A program made the translations under genes and the position numbers. From Candidatus Poribacteria bacterium (lineage in GTDB: Bacteria; Poribacteria; WGA-4E; WGA-3G): 64,000 bases of DNA. Every line of letters begins with the position of its first letter. Position 1 is the first letter of the stretch. A model generated the notes under the pieces. It was given only the letters and a program-made list of their open reading frames with translations. It had not been told where the DNA came from and ran no database searches. The DNA is taken from assembly GCA_958295945.1 (NCBI GenBank), contig OY282386.1, forward strand, positions 1,303,371 through 1,367,370, written 5' to 3'. Positions 57,905 through 64,000 of this stretch are shown here, piece by piece.

Positions 57905-58867
57905 ATGGAGCGAGACATGGCACAGCAATGGCACACCGAACAAGTTGCAATAGATGTGAAGATTGACCCGATTGAAGCATGCTATCAAAACGGATGGACT
58001 GATGGACTGCCCGTTGTTCCACCAACTCCGGAACGCGTTGAAAAAATGTTAAGCGGAACCACACGTTCCCGAGATGAATTGATTGCAGCACTCCCACCGA
58101 AATGGGGCAAAGCAACAGTTGAGCGGATAGCAATAAACGCTGTAATGGCGGGTTGTCTCCCAGAATATCTACCTGTTGTTCTTGCTGCTGTTGAGGCGAT
58201 GGTAGATGAGCGATTTAATTTACACGGTGTCCAAGTCACTACGTCACATGTTTCTCCTATGGTGATAGTCCATGGACCTATTCGGAAAAAGTTGAATATC
58301 AACGACGGTTTCAATCTATTTGGTCAAGGATGGCGGGCAAATGCTACTATTGGCAGAGCAGTCCGACTCATCTGTACAAACATAGGAGGGGCATTGCCTG
58401 CAGAATTAGACCGAGCTGCATTTGGACATGTTGGGAAGTATACGTGTTGCATTGCTGAAATTGAAGGTGAGGAAAACCCGTGGAAACCGCTACATGTGGA
58501 ACGCGGTTTTGAACCTGAAGACAACACTGTAACCGTTTTTGCTGGAGCAGGTCCTAAAAGTATCAACGATCACGGTAGCAATACCGCAGAAGGTATTCTT
58601 ACGACAATCTGTCAAAATATGGCAGCATCTGGTAATAGTAGGGGTGAAACCTTATTAGTCATCGGAATTGAGCATGCCGAGACAATTTCAGGTGATGGGT
58701 TTAGGAAATCAGATATCCGTAAACACATCGCTGAAACAACGAATCAATATTCTGAAGAAGATTTATTACTTATGGTAGCAGGTGGTCCAGCAGGGAGATG
58801 GAGTATGTTGGTTCAAGGTTGGGGTTCTCCCTCATCAAGAGCAATTTCAACTGAATTGAAAGATTGA
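57905..58867 (+). CDS. Conserved hypothetical protein of the GWTDGLPVVPPT family (often found near UGSC-type redox proteins)
   Basis: GWTDGLPVVPPTPERV, ATVERIAINAVMAGCLPEYLP and RANATIGRA. Confidence 0.7.
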   Translation: MERDMAQQWHTEQVAIDVKIDPIEACYQNGWTDGLPVVPPTPERVEKMLSGTTRSRDELIAALPPKWGKATVERIAINAVMAGCLPEYLPVVLAAVEAMVDERFNLHGVQVTTSHVSPMVIVHGPIRKKLNINDGFNLFGQGWRANATIGRAVRLICTNIGGALPAELDRAAFGHVGKYTCCIAEIEGEENPWKPLHVERGFEPEDNTVTVFAGAGPKSINDHGSNTAEGILTTICQNMAASGNSRGETLLVIGIEHAETISGDGFRKSDIRKHIAETTNQYSEEDLLLMVAGGPAGRWSMLVQGWGSPSSRAISTELKD

Positions 58868-58915
58868 CATTTGTTGGGTTTTATGGTTTTATAAACAATA
58901 GAGGAGGATAAGAGT

Positions 58916-60322
58916 ATGAATATTCAGGGAATACAACTAACTGATGAACAGATGCGGGATTTCATCATCAATGGATATCTCAAGGTGGAAACAGACTTTC
59001 CCGCGAGTTTTCATGAACAAATTTTCCAACAGTTGGAAGCGATGTTTGAAAAGACCGGTAATTGGGGGAACAATGTGCTGCCGTTGATCCCAGAAATTCA
59101 ACATGTTTTTGAGCATCCTGTTGTGCATGGAGCGATGCAGGGTGTGCTCGGAAAAAACTATATGATGCATCCACACCGTTATTGTCATTACAACCCATCA
59201 GGTAGTGGTGGACAAGGGTTTCATAAGGATACTTATGAAGGTGATGAACAGATACGCCGACACAGATGCCGTTGGACAATGGCGTTCTATTATCCACAGG
59301 ATGTGAGTGAAGATATGGGACCGACTGCTGTGTTACCCGGTTCTCACTATTACGAAACCCATGATAGTGCCCACGAACAACCGGATACCTCATTATGTGG
59401 TGAAGCAGGCACCGTGACTATCGTTCATTATGATCTGTGGCATCGTGCTACACCTAATGAAAGTGATAAGAAACGTTATATGTTAAAGTTTCTGTTCTCT
59501 CGTCTTGATGAACCGTCATCTCCTGATTGGCAGAGCGATGCTCCAGATTGGCAGTCTGTTGCTGATGGCATAGATCCAGACCATCCAGAACTATGGGAAT
59601 CTCAGTGGGATTGGAATTACGGTAGACAAAACGGATCTGCTAACGGTGTTTCTGCAGATGAGATAAATACTTTGCTGGAAACATTACAAAATGAAGATGA
59701 GAAACAACGGCTGAATGCAGCATATCGTTTAGGACGAGTGGGACCTTCTGTTGTACCGACATTACACCAAGTATTTCATGAGGGATCAGAATCAATCCGC
59801 AGTTATGTAGGTGTGGCATTAAGTCTGATTGGTGATGCTGCTGTTCCTACACTGATCGATGCGTTGTCAAATTCAGAGGAATCCATCCGAACAAGTGCAT
59901 CGTATACTTTAGCAGATATGGGTAAAACTGCATTGGAGGCAGTGCCAGCACTAACAAAAGCTGCATCAGATGATTCCCCTTGGGTTCGTCGACATTCAAT
60001 GGAAGGTTTAGGTATCATCGGTCAATATGTCAATGGAGACATGGATTTAGAACCGACTGTGCAAGTCTTAACAGACGGCTTAAATGATGAACTCTACTGG
60101 GTGCGTTATAATGCGGCACGATCCTTAGCACAACTGGGATCAGTTTCTGAACCTGCTATTCCGACTTTGGTAGCACAATTGGAAGATGAAAACCGATATG
60201 TTCGGTTTAATGCAGCCTTAGCACTAAAAAAGATTGATACACCTGAAGCCAGAGAAATATTGCTGAGTCATCTGTTTTCAACAAGATGGTGTGCGTTAAC
60301 ATCTAATGAAACGCCTTATTAG
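58916..60322 (+). CDS. PhyH-family dioxygenase fused to HEAT/PBS-lyase repeats
   Basis: FIINGYL, HxD motif FHKD, GPTAVLPGSH, LWHRA, then C-terminal repeats of the form AVPAL...D..VR..AA..L. Confidence 0.85.
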   Translation: MNIQGIQLTDEQMRDFIINGYLKVETDFPASFHEQIFQQLEAMFEKTGNWGNNVLPLIPEIQHVFEHPVVHGAMQGVLGKNYMMHPHRYCHYNPSGSGGQGFHKDTYEGDEQIRRHRCRWTMAFYYPQDVSEDMGPTAVLPGSHYYETHDSAHEQPDTSLCGEAGTVTIVHYDLWHRATPNESDKKRYMLKFLFSRLDEPSSPDWQSDAPDWQSVADGIDPDHPELWESQWDWNYGRQNGSANGVSADEINTLLETLQNEDEKQRLNAAYRLGRVGPSVVPTLHQVFHEGSESIRSYVGVALSLIGDAAVPTLIDALSNSEESIRTSASYTLADMGKTALEAVPALTKAASDDSPWVRRHSMEGLGIIGQYVNGDMDLEPTVQVLTDGLNDELYWVRYNAARSLAQLGSVSEPAIPTLVAQLEDENRYVRFNAALALKKIDTPEAREILLSHLFSTRWCALTSNETPY

Positions 60323-60349
60323 AGCGTGTCACATAAATCATTGTACATC

Positions 60350-60402
60350 GGTCTCAGTGTCCACCATGTCAATTGTTGGCGGGACACTGAGACCCATCCT
60401 AC
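60350..60402. repeat. REP-like inverted repeat between convergent genes
   Basis: GGTCTCAGTGTCC...GGACACTGAGACC-CATCCTAC. It is preceded by AGAGCGTGTCACATAAATC, also seen as AGAACGTGTCTCATAAATC at 61479. Confidence 0.6.
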
Positions 60403-60459
60403 ATTAGAAGAAGCAACAGCTTCCATAGCACTGAACCAATTTGATTTTTTATCCATTTA

Positions 60460-61326
60460 TTATAAACTTGCCAAAACAACCCTATCCTTACCAGAATAAT
60501 CCTTAATAAAGCGAAACTTTTTATATTCAGACTGATTTTCAAGTAATGCGTTGACAGATTCTTTTTGTGTGTCCCCGATTTCAAAGATGAGTTTGCCATC
60601 CGGTTGGAGATAATCCGGTGCTTCAGCAATAAGCGTGCGAATGATCGACAATCCATCTTTACCTGCAAAGAGAGCGATATGCGGTTCATAGTCACGCACG
60701 TCTGGACTCAAGGAACCGTGGGCATTTGACATAATGTATGGTGGATTGGAAACAACCCAATTATATCGTGTGGATTCTAACGGCTTAATTGGATCAAACA
60801 AATCACCCTGCAGTAGCGTTATTCGTTCATCGCAGTCGTGTGCTTCTCTATTTAGTTTTGCAACTGCTAAAGCGTCCTTACATATATCAGTGGCAATGAT
60901 CTCCCATTCAGGGTTGTTGACAGCGAGAGCAGTCGCGATTACTCCGCTGCCTGTTCCTATCTCAAGTATGCTTTGGGATGAATCGGATTTCATTTTGAGT
61001 ATTGTTTCAACAATGAATTCGGTTTCTGGTCGGGGAATAAGCACCCGTTCATCAACATAGAAATCCAGTGACATGAATTCCTTGCGATTGGTAAGATAAC
61101 TAATCGGTGTTCGTGCTGCACGTTTTTTAATCATCTCTCGGAATACTTCCAAGTTTTTCTGAAAAACGGGCATATCAAAGTGAAGATATAGTTGTAACCG
61201 GCTTTTCTCAAGTAGGTGTCCGAGCAAGACCTCTGCATCTAATCGTGGGTTTGGAATGTTATGCTTTTCAAAATAACTAGTTGTCCACTCAAGGAGTTCA
61301 AGCACATGCCATCTTTGGGTAGCCAT
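60460..61326 (-). CDS. prmC: Release factor glutamine methyltransferase
   Basis: VLIPRPETE, EIGTGSG and VSNPPYI; downstream of prfA. Confidence 0.95.
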   Translation of the reverse strand: MATQRWHVLELLEWTTSYFEKHNIPNPRLDAEVLLGHLLEKSRLQLYLHFDMPVFQKNLEVFREMIKKRAARTPISYLTNRKEFMSLDFYVDERVLIPRPETEFIVETILKMKSDSSQSILEIGTGSGVIATALAVNNPEWEIIATDICKDALAVAKLNREAHDCDERITLLQGDLFDPIKPLESTRYNWVVSNPPYIMSNAHGSLSPDVRDYEPHIALFAGKDGLSIIRTLIAEAPDYLQPDGKLIFEIGDTQKESVNALLENQSEYKKFRFIKDYSGKDRVVLASL

Positions 61327-61580
61327 AAAATCTTATATAATCCGAGAACTCCATCCGAGTGATAGCAAATAAGGGAAGTGAATCTTGGAAGGACGATCTA
61401 TGTATTTATCTATTTGTATCCATTTAGAATGGATAATGTTGATATCAATTATAATCTGCTTAATTCTCTTCGTATTTTAGAACGTGTCTCATAAATCCTA
61501 TATCATCGGTTTCCCAGAGTTTAACGTACTTAACAACAACAAAGTGTCTTGTAAATCGGGTTAGAAACCTAACCAACAAT

Positions 61581-62651
61581 TTATGAAATAGACTGTAGCT
61601 TTTCTGCTTGATCAGCAGTGGTTAACCTTTCTATAAATGTGTCTATATCACCGTCTAAAACAGAATCCAATTGATGTGAACTGAATTGTATTCTGTGATC
61701 AGTTACGCGCGATTGTGGGAAATTATATGTACGTATTTTTTCGCTTCTATCCCCGCTACCAACCATAGACCGTCGAGTCTCTGAACGTTCTTTATCAAGT
61801 TCAGCTTGTTTTCTCTCTTGCAAACGCGCACGAAGTATCTTCATTGCTTTTGATCGGTTTTTGTGTTGCGACTTTTCATCTTGTTGCGTTACAACGATAC
61901 CTGTTGGAATGTGTGTGATACGTATGGCTGAATCTGTAGTATTAACACTCTGTCCACCGGGGCCTGAGGATCGATAGGTATCTATCCGTAATTCAGCCGC
62001 TTCATCAATTTGTACATCAATTTCTTCTGCTTCAGGTAACACTGCTACGGTGACTGCAGATGTATGAATACGTCCACTTGTTTCGGTGGTTGGAATACGT
62101 TGTACACGGTGTATTCCACCTTCATATTTAAGCAGACTGTATGCGGATTCTCCTTCAATAGAAAAGATGACTTCTTTGAATCCTTTTAATCCCGTAGCAT
62201 TTGCACTGAGCATATCAATTTTCCAACCTTTTCTCTCTGCGTATCGGGTGTACAATCGAAAGATCTCAGCTGCAAAGAGACTTGCTTCCTCACCACCTGT
62301 TCCTGCCCGAATTTCAATAATGACATTTTTTTCGTCATTTGGGTCTTTTGGTATAAGAAGCATCTTTAGTGTATCAATGAGTTCATCTTGCTGCTTTTTG
62401 AGATCCTCCAATTCTTCTTCTGCCAACGCTAACATATCCTCATCACTTTCATCTGCTAACATTGTCTGTGTTTCTTCAATAGCAGATTCCAATTGTTGAT
62501 AGTCCTTATATGCGGAAACAATTGGAGAAAGTTCAGCGTGTGTTTTGGAGAGTTCCTGCAATCGTTGCGGGTTGGATATTTGTTCAAGATCGCTTAAAGC
62601 TTTTTCTACGTCAATGAATTTATTCTGAATGTCTTTGAGTTTGTCAAACAT
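61581..62651 (-). CDS. prfA: Peptide chain release factor 1
   Basis: EIRAGTGGEEA, PxT motif (RVQRIPTTE), GGQ and RTYNFPQSRVTDHRI. Likely start is ATG 62651 (track start 62672). Confidence 0.96.
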   Translation of the reverse strand: MFDKLKDIQNKFIDVEKALSDLEQISNPQRLQELSKTHAELSPIVSAYKDYQQLESAIEETQTMLADESDEDMLALAEEELEDLKKQQDELIDTLKMLLIPKDPNDEKNVIIEIRAGTGGEEASLFAAEIFRLYTRYAERKGWKIDMLSANATGLKGFKEVIFSIEGESAYSLLKYEGGIHRVQRIPTTETSGRIHTSAVTVAVLPEAEEIDVQIDEAAELRIDTYRSSGPGGQSVNTTDSAIRITHIPTGIVVTQQDEKSQHKNRSKAMKILRARLQERKQAELDKERSETRRSMVGSGDRSEKIRTYNFPQSRVTDHRIQFSSHQLDSVLDGDIDTFIERLTTADQAEKLQSIS

Positions 62652-62687
62652 ATCAATCTCTATAAGGTTCAAAAAGGATTAGAAGCG

Positions 62688-62903
62688 TTACGATTTTTCT
62701 TCAGTAAGTCCATATCTGCGTCTGAAACTTTCCACGCGTCCTGCTGTGTCAATAAACCTTGTTTGTTGACCTGTATAGAATGGGTGGCATTTCGCACAAA
62801 CGTCTACACGCATATCCGATTCGATGGTAACTGTCTGATATGTCGCACCACAAACACAATTGATAGTACACTCAGTTGTTTCTGGATGGATTTCAGGTTT
62901 CAT
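62688..62903 (-). CDS. rpmE: 50S ribosomal protein L31 (zinc-binding type)
   Basis: [21 protein letters not shown] and [13 protein letters not shown]. Confidence 0.96.
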   Translation of the reverse strand: MKPEIHPETTECTINCVCGATYQTVTIESDMRVDVCAKCHPFYTGQQTRFIDTAGRVESFRRRYGLTEEKS

Positions 62904-63169
62904 AATTATTCTCCAAGTTTCAAAAAATGAAATATAAAGCTAGTTTTGTTGAGATGCATTATTGCTCACAAGTTCATACTAACTATATAATATTATACAT
63001 TAAATTTGAATAAATTTCTTGCATAGATTAGAAAAAACACATAGAAATTCAATTTATGGTGGATTTTGAATTAATTATTCAGTCTGCACCAGTGTGGTTA
63101 TGAAACCATACCTACTGTGTGACGTAAGTTTCTAATAACTTCAAACTTCACCATATTTGTGTTAGTATT

Positions 63170-64000
63170 TCACTTTGCCGTTCTTGCTGGTTTAGGTCGG
63201 ACTTTTGCACTCTGTCCAACATCGGCGGCCATCATTTCAAGAAATTCTTCATTGGTTTCGGTTTTGCTGAACTGTTTAATCAGGAGCTCCATAGATTCCG
63301 CCATACTCATTTGGCTGATAAACTTTCTTAAGACCCAAACTTTGTTAAGGACATCTGGTTCTAATAAAAGTTCTTCTCGGCGTGTTTTGGATTTTTCAAT
63401 GTTGATTGCAGGGAAAATCCGAAGTTCCAACAATGCACGATCCATATGGATTTCCATGTTGGCAGTTCCTTTGAATTCTTCATAAATGTGTGTATCTGAA
63501 CGACTTTCAGTATCAACAAGAACTGAAGCGATAATAGTCAGACTCCCACCTTCTTCAAATTTCCGTGCTGCTCCACAGAATTTACGAGGTTCTACAATCG
63601 CCATTGCATCTAATCCACCCGAGAGGGTTCTTCCACTGTGGGGAGCAGTCATGTTATATGCCCTTGCCAGACGTGTCATACTATCAAGTAGTATAACGAC
63701 ATCTTCACCACATTCCACCATGCGTTTAGCCTTTTCAATTGCCATTTCAGCGACCTGTGTGTGTCTTTCTGGGGGTTCATCAAATGTAGAACTAATGACT
63801 TCCCCTTTAACTGTCCGCACGACATCGGTTACTTCCTCAGGTCTTTCGTCAATAAGCAAAAAGATGAGTGAAACTTCAGGATGGTTTGTTTCAATACCGC
63901 ATGCAATATTCTTAAGAAGGGTTGTTTTTCCACTGAAAGGCGGTGCCACAATTAAACCGCGTTGTCCTTTTCCTATCGGTGCGATCAGGTCAAGGATACG
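63170..64000 (-). CDS. rho: Transcription termination factor Rho, C-terminal part; the gene begins beyond the window end
   Basis: [43 protein letters not shown] and [10 protein letters not shown]. Confidence 0.96.
   Translation of the reverse strand, partial: RILDLIAPIGKGQRGLIVAPPFSGKTTLLKNIACGIETNHPEVSLIFLLIDERPEEVTDVVRTVKGEVISSTFDEPPERHTQVAEMAIEKAKRMVECGEDVVILLDSMTRLARAYNMTAPHSGRTLSGGLDAMAIVEPRKFCGAARKFEEGGSLTIIASVLVDTESRSDTHIYEEFKGTANMEIHMDRALLELRIFPAINIEKSKTRREELLLEPDVLNKVWVLRKFISQMSMAESMELLIKQFSKTETNEEFLEMMAADVGQSAKVRPKPARTAK

Noticed and set aside
1003..63485. Numerous short antisense or overlapping ORFs in the track (for example 1003-1356, 46494-47147, 44068-44601)
   Set aside because: They are shadows of well-supported genes on the opposite strand or another frame, with no RBS or recognisable motifs.
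63920..63949. Unusual Rho P-loop APPFSGKT
   Set aside because: The invariant GKT is intact and this position varies among Rho orthologues; the rest of the protein looks normal.
1..64000. CRISPR array, cas genes, rRNA or tRNA
   Set aside because: No regularly spaced direct repeats with unique spacers and no recognisable structural RNA genes. The repeats seen are dispersed palindromes or coding repeats.

Overview
A bacterial window, AT-leaning by eye, whose content suggests a Candidatus Poribacteria-like sponge symbiont (inference from secreted TPR/LamG/WD40/LRR repeat proteins, PhyH dioxygenases, a sulfatase and a DUF6785-like membrane protein). Left to right: (1) the 3' end of a zinc metalloprotease; (2) a defence locus of a PLD-nuclease/SNF2-helicase fusion, an N6-adenine methyltransferase with a TaqI-like specificity domain, and an uncharacterised protein with a HEPN-like RxxxxxH motif, where the methyltransferase and that protein sit between relic 5' and 3' stubs of another methyltransferase allele; (3) enolase-family, membrane and sulfatase genes; (4) a toxin-antitoxin pair whose toxin is split exactly in frame by a 1411-bp TnpB-only IS200/IS605 element after TTTAT; (5) a glycoside hydrolase and a TPR-amidase; (6) PhyH, two unannotated tandem membrane micro-proteins and a hypothetical gene; (7) about 21 kb of shuffled secreted repeat proteins (a 3065-aa TPR protein, LamG-TPR paralogs, an LRR-WD40 gene split by an IS1-family element that carries an outward promoter, and a WD40 paralog); (8) a MoxR/DUF58/VWA locus with three genes inserted; (9) an ABC-type ATPase plus PIN-like gene pair, a candidate defence system; (10) PhyH-HEAT and the conserved rho-rpmE-prfA-prmC cluster. 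Many intergenic gaps hold REP/REPIN-like hairpins, several nested in MITE-like shells. No CRISPR array, rRNA or tRNA was seen. Family names come from motif recognition and memory; no database search was run.
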